Of a stretch of 64,000 bases of DNA, positions 50,805-64,000 are shown in pieces. Both the position numbers and the translations under genes were made by a program. The notes beneath the pieces are model-generated. The model made no database searches. It was given only the letters and a program-made list of their open reading frames with translations, and was not told where the DNA came from. Positions within the stretch are counted from its first letter, which is position 1. Each line of letters opens with the position of its first letter. The DNA comes from Paraspadella gotoi (lineage: Eukaryota > Animalia > Chaetognatha), in assembly GCA_051294375.1 (NCBI GenBank), contig CM119271.1, forward strand, positions 12,577,039-12,641,038, written 5' to 3'.

Positions 50805-50992
50805 CATCCGTTCATCCAATGTGTTGCGCCGCAGTAACTTTATTTTCTCGTGAATTTCTCGTGACATGACATGACATGACATGACTACAATAACTTTCTT
50901 AGCCTGTGTAATACACAGTGTGTATTTATGAGACGCACTGGATCGGATTCCGTCTTTTATTCTTTATAGTTTTAGGATTTCCTGAAGGCGAG
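50805..50992. mobile_element. HINE/DINE-like element, truncated copy
   Basis: CATCCAATGTGTTGCGCCGCAG, (GACAT)n and TTTAGGATTTCCTGAAGGCG. Further fragments at about 6082-6147, 21045-21090, 21470-21545 and 46010-46095. Confidence 0.6.
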
Positions 50993-53900
50993 GCTTATCG
51001 AATCTTTGCTAACTTTTAATTAAAATAACGATAATATGTTTACACGCATTCAAATTAAAATGAAATAAAATGATAAACAATCAAACTAATTATTAAACTA
51101 TCAGACGAACTGACCGACCAAAAACTCCTCAACGCGAAAAACCAAACAACGAAAAACTTTGGACAAAATGAAAAAAATTTTAAAAAAATATAAAATAACG
51201 TTAAGATAGAGAGAAAGAAGAAATGAAGAGAGGAGAAATGAAGCGACGCCGTTTTTTAACGACTCGAGCGCCATCTTCAGCGTCGAGTGCAAAAAAAACT
51301 TTTTTTAATGTACATTTCTCCTCTTTGAAAATTAAAAAAAAAAGAGAGAAATTTTCAATCTTCCGTGCATAAAGTTTTTTTTTTCCGAATTAATGATTCG
51401 CAGTTAAGAGTGGAGAGTGCGTGTCCTCGTTGGATAGCTATTTATCTCTCTCTCTCTCTTTCTCTCTCTCTCTTTCTCTCTCTCTCCTTATCTCTCTCTC
51501 TATCTGAGGGTAATATACTGCTAAATCGCGAGCAATCTTTCGATCTAATCTTCTCATTTCGTTTTTTTTTTTCAACTTTTTTNNNNNNNNNNNNNNNNNN
51601 NNNNNNNNNNNNNNNNNNNNNNNNNNNNNNNNNNNNNNNNNNNNNNNNNNNNNNNNNNNNNNNNNNNNNNNNNNNNNNNNNNNNNNNNNNNNNNNNNNNN
51701 NNNNNNNNNNNNNNNNNNNNNNNNNNNNNNNNNNNNNNNNNNNNNNNNNNNNNNNNNNNNNNNNNNNNNNNNNNNNNNNNNNNNNNNNNNNNNNNNNNNN
51801 NNNNNNNNNNNNNNNNNNNNNNNNNNNNNNNNNNNNNNNNNNNNNNNNNNNNNNNNNNNNNNNNNNNNNNNNNNNNNNNNNNNNNNNNNNNNNNNNNNNN
51901 NNNNNNNNNNNNNNNNNNNNNNNNNNNNNNNNNNNNNNNNNNNNNNNNNNNNNNNNNNNNNNNNNNNNNNNNNNNNNNNNNNNNNNNNNNNNNNNNNNNN
52001 NNNNNNNNNNNNNNNNNNNNNNNNNNNNNNNNNNNNNNNNNNNNNNNNNNNNNNNNNNNNNNNNNNNNNNNNNNNNNNNNNNNNNNNNNNNNNNNNNNNN
52101 NNNNNNNNNNNNNNNNNNNNNNNNNNNNNNNNNNNNNNNNNNNNNNNNNNNNNNNNNNNNNNNNNNNNNNNNNNNNNNNNNNNNNNNNNNNNNNNNNNNN
52201 NNNNNNNNNNNNNNNNNNNNNNNNNNNNNNNNNNNNNNNNNNNNNNNNNNNNNNNNNNNNNNNNNNNNNNNNNNNNNNNNNNNNNNGAAAAATGGGCACA
52301 TTTCAGTGCACCACAGTCTGCAATCCTTTCGCGCTCGCTCCGATCCTTAAATGTTCCCTAGGCCGCTAAACTCTCTTCCCTCTCTCTCTCTTTCTCTCTC
52401 TCTCTCTCATCTCTCTCATCTCTCATCTCTTCATCTCTCTCTCATCATATCTATCCTCTGTCTTCTGTCTCTCTCTTCAGCATTTATTCTAAGAAACTAA
52501 CGCTCTCCTTCTCTCTCCCACCTAAAAAAATTTGACCTACAGTCTCGTCACTAGTCATTCCAAATCCATTAAATCTTTGGGTTTGCGGCAACGGAAAAGA
52601 CCTTCGGGGATTTCTGCAGCAAATCAGAGTCGAAATCTGCAGCAAATGACAGAAGGACGGGTTGCAGATGGAACCAAAGCCCTTGACGCAATACTTGCCT
52701 CCTCCTCCTCCTCCTCCTCCTCTTCCTCCTCCTACTCCTATTGACCCCACGCCTCCTCTCTCTTCTTCTTAGTCTTACTTATCTTTTCACTAATAAAACC
52801 AAAATCTCATTTGCATATTGCAGTATTCCAAGCTTTGTGAATTTAAACTTCTTTTATATTTCAATTATTTATTACAAAAAATTGAAAGCAATATTATATT
52901 ATAATTTTTTTTTAGTACTACATCTAAACTGTTCTCACTGAGTATGAAGGTACTCCGCTTGTTATTTCATAATCGAAGCTAAACCGACAGTAAATTTTTT
53001 TAAAAAATAATATTAATATAGAAGTTGATTGTCACCTATAAAAAGTGTTACGTCAGCATCAGCTGATAATATTTGACGGTGAGAGATTTTAACTTTTTCT
53101 TTCCCCAATTTTATGAAAGTCATCCCACCAATATAAACATCAACATAAACCAAGCCAAAATCTTATTTACATATTACAATTTTGCCATCGTCGCGAATTT
53201 AAATTCGTTGCTTATTTCGCCTTTTCTATTTTATATATAAATAATAAATATCCAGTCAGGATTGCGATAAATTGTTAGAAAGAGTATTTGACTCTTTTAA
53301 CCCTTATCTTTTTGGGTTTAGGTTGAACCGATGTTAACATTTCGTGAATAACTTCTTTTTTTTTTTGGAAAAAAAGAATTTGTTAAAGTCTCTTAGCCCC
53401 TCTTTCTCCGTCACTAACTTCCTTCTCTTCATCCTTCCCTGCCCCCTCTCTTTCCCTCTCTCCCTCCCTGCCCCCTCTCTTTCCCTCCCTCCCCCAAATG
53501 ATAGGGAATAGATTGGTTCTGCCGATAATCGAAACGGCGCCGGAGCGCCGCCTCCGGAGGTTAACGTTTTCCATCGGCGCCGCGAGGGAGAAAAAAAAAG
53601 CGCGAGTTGACGTCGGAATGTGAATGGCATCAAAGCGGAGTTGATACTTAAGTCTAGAGCATTTTAATACTCAAGCCCGTTGCTACGCTAGCTCTTGGTT
53701 TTTAAATAAATTATCCATTAAGCTTACTAGACGAAGGCATATTTTAGTTTTATTAAAATTGGTACAATTAATACAAAAATTATCCATTCATTTATTAAAT
53801 AAGCTATCTTGTAACTGACTTTGGACAGGCTTTGGTGGTTTAAGGCCTCCATCNNNNNNNNNNNNNNNNNNNNNNNNNNNNNNNNNNNNNNNNNNNNNNN

Positions 53901-54437
53901 NNNNNNNNNNNNNNNNNNNNNNNNNNNNNNNNNNNNNNNNNNNNNNNNNNNNNNNNNNNNNNNNNNNNNNNNNNNNNNNNNNNNNNNNNNNNNNNNNNNN
54001 NNNNNNNNNNNNNNNNNNNNNNNNNNNNNNNNNNNNNNNNNNNNNNNNNNNNNNNNNNNNNNNNNNNNNNNNNNNNNNNNNNNNNNNNNNNNNNNNNNNN
54101 NNNNNNNNNNNNNNNNNNNNNNNNNNNNNNNNNNNNNNNNNNNNNNNNNNNNNNNNNNNNNNNNNNNNNNNNNNNNNNNNNNNNNNNNNNNNNNNNNNNN
54201 NNNNNNNNNNNNNNNNNNNNNNNNNNNNNNNNNNNNNNNNNNNNNNNNNNNNNNNNNNNNNNNNNNNNNNNNNNNNNNNNNNNNNNNNNNNNNNNNNNNN
54301 NNNNNNNNNNNNNNNNNNNNNNNNNNNNNNNNNNNNNNNNNNNNNNNNNNNNNNNNNNNNNNNNNNNNNNNNNNNNNNNNGAAATCCGAGCAACTTTTGG
54401 CATTTGGCACACCCTAACATAGCAGATCCCTGCAAGC

Positions 54438-54811
54438 TTTCCCTTGTCCTTCCCTTGTCCTTCCCTTGTCCTTCCCTTGTCCGTCCCTTGTTCTTCCCTT
54501 GTCCTTCCCTTGTCCTTCCTTGTCCTTCCCTTGTTCTTTCCTTGTCCTTCCTTGTCCTTACCTTTGTTCTTCCCTTATCCTTCCTTTGTCCTTCCCTTGT
54601 CCTTGCCCTGTTCTTCCCTTGTTCTTCCCTTGTTCTTCCCTTGTCCTTCCCTTGTCCTTCCCTTGTCTTTCCCCTTGTCCTTCCCTTGTCCTTCCTTTTC
54701 TTTCCCTTTCTTTCCCTTGTCCTTCCTTTGTCCTTCCCTTGTTCTTCTCCTCGTCCTTCCCTTGTCCTTCCTTTGTCCTTCCGTTGTCCTTCCCTTGTCC
54801 TTCCCTTGTCC
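54438..54811. repeat. 11-bp minisatellite (CCCTTGTCCTT)n
   Basis: Directly visible. It produces the spurious SFPCPSLVLP ORFs. Confidence 0.92.
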
Positions 54812-55034
54812 CGATTAGATTAAACTCGAAACATTGAGGCCAAAGACTCAAAGAGGCAGAAACGACGTTCACGGAATTTGTGATTGTTCACCGCCCGAAG
54901 CGAGAGAGAGAGTCCCACAACCTCACAGTGACTCACGTGTCGCGATGCTAAGAAGGTCACTGCATCATGAGTCACGGCGTCGCCGGTGAATAAAAAAAAA
55001 CGGAATTCATCGGTGATGACAGCAGAAAATGATG

Positions 55035-55222
55035 TCGATGATAATGACAATGAGAGAGGGCGATGATAATGGCAATGAGGGCGATGATAATGACAATGAG
55101 AGAGGGCGATGATAATGACAATGAGAGAGGGCGATGATAATGACAATGAGGGCGATGATAATGACAATGAGAGAGTACGATGTTAATGACAAAGAGAGAG
55201 GACGATAACAATGACAATGATA
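55035..55222. repeat. Roughly 21-25 bp minisatellite (GATGATAATGACAATGAGAGAGGGC)n, followed by a degenerate (GAC/GAT)n tract to about 55570
   Basis: Directly visible tandem units. Confidence 0.85.
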
Positions 55223-55661
55223 GAGGAAGATGACAAGAACAATGACGACCACGACGACGACAAAGACGATTACAACGTCAATAACGACTAAAACGATGAC
55301 GACCACAATGACGACCACAATTAGGACCACAATGACGACCACAATGATGACTACGACGATGATGACAAACACGTCGATCACTATGATGACAATGATCACA
55401 TAAACGGCAACGATGCTGACAACGATGATGACGACGACAACGCGGATAAGAACGACAACCAAGAATGACAATGATCGGGACGAAGACGACGATGACGACA
55501 ACAATGACGACAACAATAACGGCAACGACGACAACAACGATGAAGACGACGACGATGACGACGACGACAACAGGCCGCGCATCCTTGCTCTTTCCCCTTC
55601 GCGTTGGTTGACGATGTTTTTAACGAGAGTTCGAAAAAGGCCCTTCAGGAATTCGTGGTTG

Positions 55662-55701
<40 letters not shown>

Positions 55702-55752
55702 GAGAGAGACACAGAGAGAGAGAACAGAGACGAAAGAGACACAGAGAGAGAC

Positions 55753-55810
<58 letters not shown>

Positions 55811-56079
55811 AAATGGAGAGAAAGAGGAGGCGAAATGTGGTTCTAGTGAAAAAAAAGGGAGATGGGAAAGACAGAGAGAGAGTCATTGGATATAATCGAG
55901 GGATAGAGAGATGGATAGAAAGATGAACTTTGTTTATGGATAGAGAAATAGAGGGATAGAAGGAGAGGGATAGAGAGAGAAAGAATGAGGTAAGAGAGAA
56001 AAAAAATTCATTTGTGAATCTCACTTTTTTAACCGAAGATGTGAAGAATACTTTTTTAATCACAACAACAACTAAAATA

Positions 56080-56116
<37 letters not shown>

Positions 56117-56600
56117 CGACGACAAGGTTTACGATTACGCTGAAAAACGATTAAGTTTAATTTCATGGAGCACGTAAAAAATAGATTTTAAGAAAATACA
56201 CGATGTCTCGCTTAAAAAGATGAAAATATCGCCCTTTATTATTTATTTTTTATTTTTGGATAATAAATTTATAATTTTATATACAGAAATATAGATTTTC
56301 TCGAAAAAACAACTTTTTTTTTTAAATTAAAATTTAAAATTTCACTTTTTGGTGTGTTTATTAAACTTAACGAAAGTCCGTTTACTCGTGAAACAGTCGG
56401 TAATAAACTTTATAAACTTCATCAACTGTACAAAAGTCCGTTTAGAAATGAAACAGTCTGTAAAAGGAAAAAGATGAGAAAGTAAATAAAAAAATTAAAG
56501 AAAAAAAAAGGGAAAAAAAGAAAAATAATCTCTGCCATAAAAATCAAAAAAATCTCTCGAGTCACGTGATCAAAAACCATAAAAATATCGCATTGAAAAC

Positions 56601-56634
<34 letters not shown>

Positions 56635-56668
56635 TGAAGCAACATGATCATTTTCGCCTCAAGAATAA

Positions 56669-56761
<93 letters not shown>

Positions 56762-56804
56762 CTCTCCAGCAAAGCTTTTAAAAAAGAATTTTCCTTGTCG
56801 TCTC

Positions 56805-56877
<73 letters not shown>

Positions 56878-57114
56878 ATCTCTCTCTCTTCTCTCCTCCT
56901 CTAGAGGCAGTTGGCTGCGGAGACTCGTCGCCGCCCGCAGCCGCCGCCGCCGCCGCCGCCGCCACAGCCCTCCGCCTCCTCCTACCGACGTCGTTGCTAG
57001 GAGCGTTGCGACGACGTTGCCATGACGATGAGTCCCCTGGCGGTCATTAACCAAATCTCCACAAACGCGTGAGACTTTGATTCTAGAGGAGGAACGACGA
57101 AATATTAAGTCGGC

Positions 57115-57482
57115 CGCTGAAGACCGACGCTGCCCGACAATGACCGGAAAAGACCGACGCTGCCCTTCAAAGATCAACAAAAACCGACAAAGACCGACAA
57201 AGCTTCCCGTCACACTCAAAGATCAACAGCGCCCAAAGACCGACGCTGCCCGACACTGACCGACAAAGTCCGACGCTGCCCTACAAAGATCAACAGCGAC
57301 CGACCAAGACCGACGCCGCTTTACAAATGCCGACAAAGATCGACGCTGCCAGACAAAAGCTCAAAAGCGCCTGAAAAAGACCGACGGAGGCCGACAAAGG
57401 CCGACAAAAACTGACAGAGACCGACAAAGATGAAAATCGCCCGACAACGACCGACAAAGATGGACGCTACACCGACAATGAC
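57115..57482. repeat. Degenerate tandem repeat of GACCGACGCTGCCCGACAAA-type units
   Basis: Repeated ACCGAC(A/G) motifs at roughly 10-30 bp spacing. Confidence 0.75.
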
Positions 57483-58449
57483 CTAATTTCTTTTTGTCTC
57501 TAATCTGTCGGCTTTGATCGCTTCTTTTGTCGCCTTTGGAGATAATTGTTTTTGTTGTTGTTGTTGTAGTAGTTGTTATCGGCGACTGGAGGACGCAGGT
57601 GTCATCGTTGATATTGTCGTCGTCGTCGTCGTCGTCGTCATCGTCTTAGTCGTCGTCGTCTTAATCGTCGTCGTCGTCATCGTCGTCGTCTTCCTCATCG
57701 TCGTCGTCGTCGTCGTCGTCTTCCTCATCGTCGTTGTCGACCATTACGCCTTGTTGCGGTCGACCTTGATGTTTTCCTTTCTCTTTGTTATCGCCAATTT
57801 TTTTGTGCCGTCGTTGTTGTTGTTGTAACAGATGTTGTAGTCGTTTTAGTTATTGTTGTTGTAGCCGTTGTTGTTGTCGTTGTTGTTGTTGTCGTTGTTG
57901 TTGTTCATGATCTTTTTGTCGTTGTATAATGTACGATTTATTCGTTTTGTTGTTGTATTTGACTATTTGTTCTTGTTTTTGTTCTTCTAGTTGTTCTTGT
58001 TTTTGTTCTTCTAGTTGTTCTTGCTTTTGTTCTTCTAGTTGATAAAAATCTTTACACTTCGCTCTTTCACAAAATTTTGGTGATTTTTTTGTGAATTGTT
58101 TAACGAATTTCTTCTGTTGGCCAGTGAGAGAATTTTCTAAAAATCACAATTGAACTCGCAGTGGTCCGATAGTCTCTTCGGTAACGTATAGTTTTATGTA
58201 CAGAACGTAGAAATATAAAGGTATAATTATAAATATTTACTATGGTACAAATGGTACGTACAAGAACTTCCCCCCCCCCAAAAGAAAAAAAGAAAAAAAG
58301 AAAAAAAGAAAAAAAGAAAAAAAGAAAAAAGAAAAAAGAAAGGCCTCTCGCGAGATCACGTGATGGAGCCGTTTGCCAAAAGATAAAAATGCTTCTTTAT
58401 GGTTTTATGTTGAAGACCTTTACGCCCTTTGGCTAAGTCTTTATCTCTC

Positions 58450-58480
<31 letters not shown>

Positions 58481-59148
58481 CTTTTCTTTTCTTTTCTTTT
58501 CTTTTCTTTTCTTTTCTTTTCTTTTCTTTTCTTTTCTTTTCTTTTCTTTTCTTTTCTTTTCCTTTCTTTTCTTTTCTTTTCCTTGCTTTTCTTTTCTTTA
58601 CCTTTCTTTTCTTTTCTTTTCTTTTCTTTTCTTTTCCTTTCTTTTCTTTTCCTTTCTTTTCTTTTCCTTTCCTTTCTTTTTTTTTCTTTTCCTTTCTTTT
58701 CTTTTCTTTACCTTTTTTTCTTTTCTTTTCTATTTTTTTCTTTTCTTTTCCTTTCTTTTCTTTTCCTTTCCTTTTTTTCTTTTCTATTTTCTTCTTATCT
58801 TTCTTTTTTTCTCCTCTTTTCTCTTCTTTTCTTCCTTTTTTCTTTTTTTTTTCTCTTCTTTTTCTCCTTATTTTCTTTACCATTAAATATTAATATATAC
58901 AAAATAATTACAAAGTAACAAGGCATTTATGATGTCATTTATGATGTCTACCCGATAAAAACAATTAAAACCGTTTAAAACGAAGTTTGCCGAAACTTAA
59001 AAGACTATTAAAAAATAGTAATTCAGAAGGATGATATTTATATCCCGAACTTAATAGCGATGCGTCGTGGCCGATTGAGTTAAACCCATTAACTCTTCTC
59101 TCTCCATTCCTCCCTCTCTCGTTATTGCCAAATTTAAAGCAATTTTGT

Positions 59149-59184
<36 letters not shown>

Positions 59185-59382
59185 TTCTCTCTCTCTCTCT
59201 TTCTCTCTCTCTCCTCGAAACTTTTACACTTCACAAAGTCATTGATTCCAACTTTGTCGGGTCAAACATTTCCATCCACTTACTCCTCTCTCTCTTTCTC
59301 TCTCTCTTCCTCTCTCTCTCTCCTCTTCATCTCTCTCTCCCTCTCTCTCTCTTCTTCTTTCTGCTCTCTCTCTCTCATTCTG

Positions 59383-59419
<37 letters not shown>

Positions 59420-59589
59420 CTCTCTCTTCTCTCTCTCTCTCTCCATTCTCCTCCTTTTCCCGGTGGCACTCAATTCCGTCTGCGAGTTATGATGCGGCCG
59501 ATGAACGAGAAATTGATTTTGTTTTTTGGCGTTTTTCTCAATTGTTTTGCTGCGATAATAGAACTGAACGAAGATTGAGAAGAGAGACG

Positions 59590-59627
<38 letters not shown>

Positions 59628-60065
59628 TGAGAGGAGAGAGATGAGAGAGACGAAGAGAGCAGAGAGAGAGAGAGACGGTCTCCGCGGCGGGAAAAACAAT
59701 CATTTGGAGGGTTGGAGGGTTTTTTACCGTCCGCGTCGTAACGTTTACGACGACGACGACGACGACGATAAATGTTAGTTTTTGAATATAATGTTAAAAA
59801 TGAGCTTTGAACTATTGATAGACGTATGCAGAAAACAAATATTTTGTCTTTTCCTTTTTTAACCATTTTTTTTTATAGCAGCTGCATTTCGTTTCAGTTA
59901 AAACTGGAATAAAAATGCGAATTTGAAATGAAATAAGAATTAAATAAATTAAAACGAAATGAAATAAAATATCGCTTTTGCGATGGTCATACTTTTGTCG
60001 GTAAAAGCGACGACGGCGAAAGAATTAGCAGTTTGGAAATCGTAATTTATTGAGAGAGAGAGAGT

Positions 60066-60143
<78 letters not shown>

Positions 60144-62375
60144 AAACGCTTCTAACCACCAACAGCATCGCGTTTCTACTTTTTCATTTTTCTTCTCTTC
60201 CAATTTATCCCCTTTCTCTCTCTCCTCGCCCTTCCCTCCTACTCCTCCTTCTCCTCCTCTTTCTCCCCCTCCTCCTCCTCCTCCTCCTCCTCCCTCCTCC
60301 ACCTCCCACTCCCCCCCCCTTAAAATTATCGAATACGAAATTAATCGAACATCGAATATTTTTTCTTCAGTTTAGAAAATCGTCTCTTCTTTAATCTACG
60401 TTCAAAATCTTTTGGCCAATCATCTGAAACATCATCTGCATCGAATCGCAAATCATCTGTAATCCTTCGTCGGGTGTTGGAACTTATCGAAGGGCTCATC
60501 TCCTAATCCGTTTCCGTAAGCGTACAGACAAATTTCCGGGGAAATGCTCTTCGATGCACGAATCTCTCTCGCTCTCTCTCTTTCTCTCTGGCTGTAAGAC
60601 TCAGAGTCAGGATCGGGATCGACAAAAACGACGATAATTTGAACGATGGATTGTTTAGGGTTTCGGTTAGGGATAAGGTTAGTTTAGGGGATAGAGATTA
60701 GGATTAGGGTTTAGGTTAGGGATTAAGGTTAGGATTAGGGTTGTCTTTCCCTACACTACTTTACAACAACAAAAATTATGGCTTGCTGGGTGCATCGGTC
60801 AGGATCGAGATAGACAGAAACAACGAAGATAATTTGATGAACGATGGAGGAAGCAGTTGCGACGGCGAGAGTGACGACAAAAGTAGTGACGCATGAAGCG
60901 ACGATAGAAGTTTTGTACGCGCGTTTTAATCCTCTGCTTCAGGAGCCGCATCAAGGGGCATCCAAGGAAAAAAGTGCCCATTTCCAACCTTTTCTCTCTT
61001 CTCTTTTAGATCAAAATTCATTCAACCTTACCTAACTTACTTTTTTTCGTCCCTCAACCCGAGTCTTTCCTTTTTTTTTTTTTGCTTAAATCGTTTTTTC
61101 CATTTTCTTTTGTTAACCTTACCTCATTTCCTTAACCTTTCCTTTCATACCTTCCCTTTTAATATTCTTTTTTCTTTACTTCTCATATTTCTCCCTTTTT
61201 TTATTTTCCTCTTTTTATTCTCCCCCGTTTCTCTTTATAATTCCTATCTTCCTAATCTTCTCCTTTCTATTTTATTTTCTCTTTCCTTCCCGATTCCCTT
61301 TCCTACCTTTTCTCTTTCCTCTTTTACTTCCTCCTTTCCTCCTATTTTTTCTTCTCATTTCTCTTTCCTCTCCGATTCCACTTTCCTCTCTCTCTTTCCT
61401 TCCTCCTTTCCTTCCTTTCCTCTCTCTCTTTCCTTTCCTCCTCTTCCTCCTTTAATTCCATCGCGTTTCGGCCCAAAACCGATTTTCTGCGTCGACGGAT
61501 TCGGCCACGCCCCCTTTACCACCCCCCCCCCCAGTCCCACCTGCCTCCCCCCATTCCACCTCCCTCCCTCCTGGCCAACAAAAAAAATGTCCCTTAATGT
61601 ATCTCTCCCCCCCCCGCCCCCCGGGTCGAAGTTCTACTCTGGGGGGAGAGAAAGAGGGAGGGGAGTTTCGTTGAGGGGAGGAAGATGGCGGATTGGGATG
61701 ATGGCAAAGGAAAGGGTTAATGGCCGATTAGGAGATGGCGGCTAAGGTTGGGGGAAGATGGCAGAATGAGGAAATGGCAGAAATAAGAAGCACGGGGGGG
61801 AAATAGGATGATGGCGGAGGAAGATGGCAGAAAAAAAGTGAAAGTGGAAAAGAATTAAATCTAGAGTAAAACAAGGGAAGATAGCAAAGAAAAGAATATG
61901 TTAAAGGGCAAAGGAAATCGGAATTAGTGTGTGATATATACAAAACAAAATGGCGATAAATATATCAGGACAAAAAATAGCGTGAGGACATAGAATATTG
62001 TTAAGGGCAAAGAGCAAGAGCAAAGAACCAAAGATAACGAGCTGAGGTCGGAGATCATAGGGCAGAGATAAAAGGGCAGAGAACGAAACAAAATGCCAGA
62101 AGCCAATGGAGAAATGCAAAGAGACGACAGATAGGTGCAGGGAGCCAGCGGCAGGATAGATGGTCAAGAGGCAGATTGGCCAAGGGCTGATAGGCAAGAG
62201 CGGTTGTGCCCAAGAACAGATGGGCCAAGAATGCCAAGGGCATCACCCAGACCAGAGGTCGAATGACGGAGTCGCCATCTTTTGCATAAATTTGTTCTCA
62301 ACCAAATTTGGTTTTTTTTTTTGTTTTTTTTTTTGTTCTTTTGTTTTTGATGACGTCATTGAGGAGATAAAGATT

Positions 62376-62459
<84 letters not shown>

Positions 62460-63008
62460 TCTTTTCGATTGGCTGGTCACATCGATTGAATGGCCTCATC
62501 GTTTGAATTGTTGGCCTTTTGGTGATTGGCCTTTTGGTTGTTTGGCCCTTTGGTTGATTGGACTCTTAAAATGATCGAAAGGCTTCTTCTATTCAGTAAT
62601 TCATTCGCGTCATTTCTTTGGCCTCTTTTTTACTTTCAGCTCTCTTGGCCTTTTCTTTGGCCTCTTCTTTGGCCTCTCACCCTCTCACTCTTCTCACGGA
62701 TTTTTTTCTTAACCTCGAATTTTTTTCGCGCAAACATGAAGAAAAAAAGAAGTTTGAGAAAAAATGTCGGATCTGCTCGCGATCGTTTACCGGTAATTGA
62801 TTGATTAAATAATTAAAATAACGACTTCTTTTATTAAACTTAGATTAAAAATGTCAATTATTAAAATTCGCCGACTGCAGATCTCATGGAACATTATTTA
62901 TTAATTAATTTCTGTTTCATATCAAACTGTGATAATAACAAACATATGAAGTCGATTCGATCTGGTTTGAATCTGTGGACGAATTTCCGTTATTTTCGAC
63001 CGACGAGA

Positions 63009-63272
63009 ATGTCGTCCGTCTTTACCGACACTTGGGCCGACGAGGGCAATCGCATCGGCGTCTCGACCGGTCATCTCCCCATCGTCTCGCTCTCTCTCCG
63101 CGGCGCTGAAAACGTCCGACGCCGCCGTCGACGCCCCGAGCAGCGATTCGAAGACCCCGCTGCGGCTGCATTTCGTCTGCCGCCGCGAGAGATGCTTCAA
63201 CGCGGCCGACGCAGCTGCGCAGCCTGGCGATCGAGGACGTGAAGATTGTCGAGGATCAAGACGGAGTGGAAA
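63009..63272 (+). CDS. Candidate ankyrin-repeat-like exon with apparent frameshifts
   Basis: GC-rich island. Removing one base in the CT run near 63090 gives RIGVSTGHLPIVSLLSAALKTSDAAVDAPSSDSKTPLRL, which resembles the ankyrin consensus (AxxGHxxIVxLL...GAxVxAxxxxGxTPLHL). Ends at donor GAAA|GTGAG. At least two frameshifts are needed. Confidence 0.35.
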
Positions 63273-63389
63273 GTGAGAACGTCTCTGTCTCTCTCTGTCT
63301 CTCTATCTCTCTCTCTCTATTTTATTTGCACTTTGAGCATAATTAATTTATAATCAAAAATTCAAATCGATGTTTCCAATCTTTCCTCT

Positions 63390-63429
<40 letters not shown>

Positions 63430-63693
63430 CTCTCTCTCTCCTCTCTCCCTCTCTCTCTGCTCTCTCTTATTTTTCATATGCATTTTTTTCTCATTTTATA
63501 ATTAATTTAAAAATTTCATTCTCTCTCTCTCTCTTTCTCTCTATCTCTCTCTCTTCTCTCTCCCTCCCTTTCTCTCTTTTAATTTATATCCAATATTTCA
63601 ATTTTTTCCCTATTCTCTCTTTCCATATTTGTCTCTCACTCTCGTTCTCATTGTTTTTTTCTCCCACTCTCCGTCCCTTCCCCTCGTTGGGTC

Positions 63694-63915
63694 GTGGACA
63701 AGTCGCTAAGTGGGATAAAGACCAATATCCGCAACTTCTTTAACCCCTCTAGCAGCCATGGAACGGGTCCTGGCTTGGAACCAGGCTTGAGAGTTTTCCA
63801 TCCCACCCCCAAGGCGGTTTACGGCCGTCCTCACGCTTCCGCAGGGTAGGTTCCATCGGGGATCGATCCCGGTACCTAACGGTCAAAGCTGATGGTATTA
63901 CTCAATGAGCAATTA
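63694..63915 (-). mobile_element. tRNA-derived SINE, diverged independent copy
   Basis: Shares TAACCCCTCTAGC..CATGGAACGGGTCCTGG, CCCCAAGGCGG and TTACTCAATGAGC blocks with 13853-14100, with different flanks. A and B boxes on the minus strand read TTGCTCATTGAG and GGATCGATCC. Confidence 0.78.
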
Positions 63916-64000
63916 TGCAATGCCGGACTACAAGATGGATCAGAGAAAAGTCGAGTTTGAAGAAGGTGGGCGAAGAAGGTCGGTGAATACAATATCAGAA

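Noticed and set aside
51365-54435. Long ORFs of 190-334 aa
   Set aside because: Made mostly of N gaps.
60370-60460. Selenoprotein or TGA readthrough (three in-frame AGA-TGA on the minus strand)
   Set aside because: Explained by a repeated CAGATGAT motif that reads as Asp-Asp in another frame. No SECIS or selenoprotein motif seen.
60655-60742. True chromosome end
   Set aside because: Short, degenerate and internal, like the other TTAGGG-like patches.

Overview
Repeat-rich, AT-rich eukaryotic DNA, most likely from an invertebrate animal: it has spliceosomal introns, TTAGGG-type repeats and dense (AG)n/(CT)n/(GAC)n microsatellites. It comes from a gappy, partly unpolished long-read assembly. 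Two spliced genes can be rebuilt by hand, both on the minus strand: the 5' part of a clan-2-like cytochrome P450 (exons 1102-726 and 288-6, running off the window) and a complete 3-exon, about 319 aa SLC35G/EamA (DMT) transporter (32950-31406). There are weaker, frameshifted exon candidates (ankyrin-like at about 63.0-63.3 kb, membrane-protein-like at about 60.4-61.0 kb). Dispersed repeats include a tRNA-derived SINE, a Helentron-associated (HINE/DINE-like) element with a terminal palindrome, a roughly 200 bp unclassified family, and a roughly 300 bp MITE family with a telomere-like core. The most interesting observation is that one copy of this MITE makes up almost the whole of intron 2 of the transporter gene, with both splice sites (a probable GC donor and an acceptor without a pyrimidine tract) lying inside its terminal inverted repeats, as in an introner. 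Several kb-scale tandem and inverted duplications lie near 25-N gaps and are probably gap-filling or haplotype artefacts. Most ORFs in the supplied track are microsatellite or N-gap artefacts. All alignments were done by eye, so repeat boundaries are approximate.
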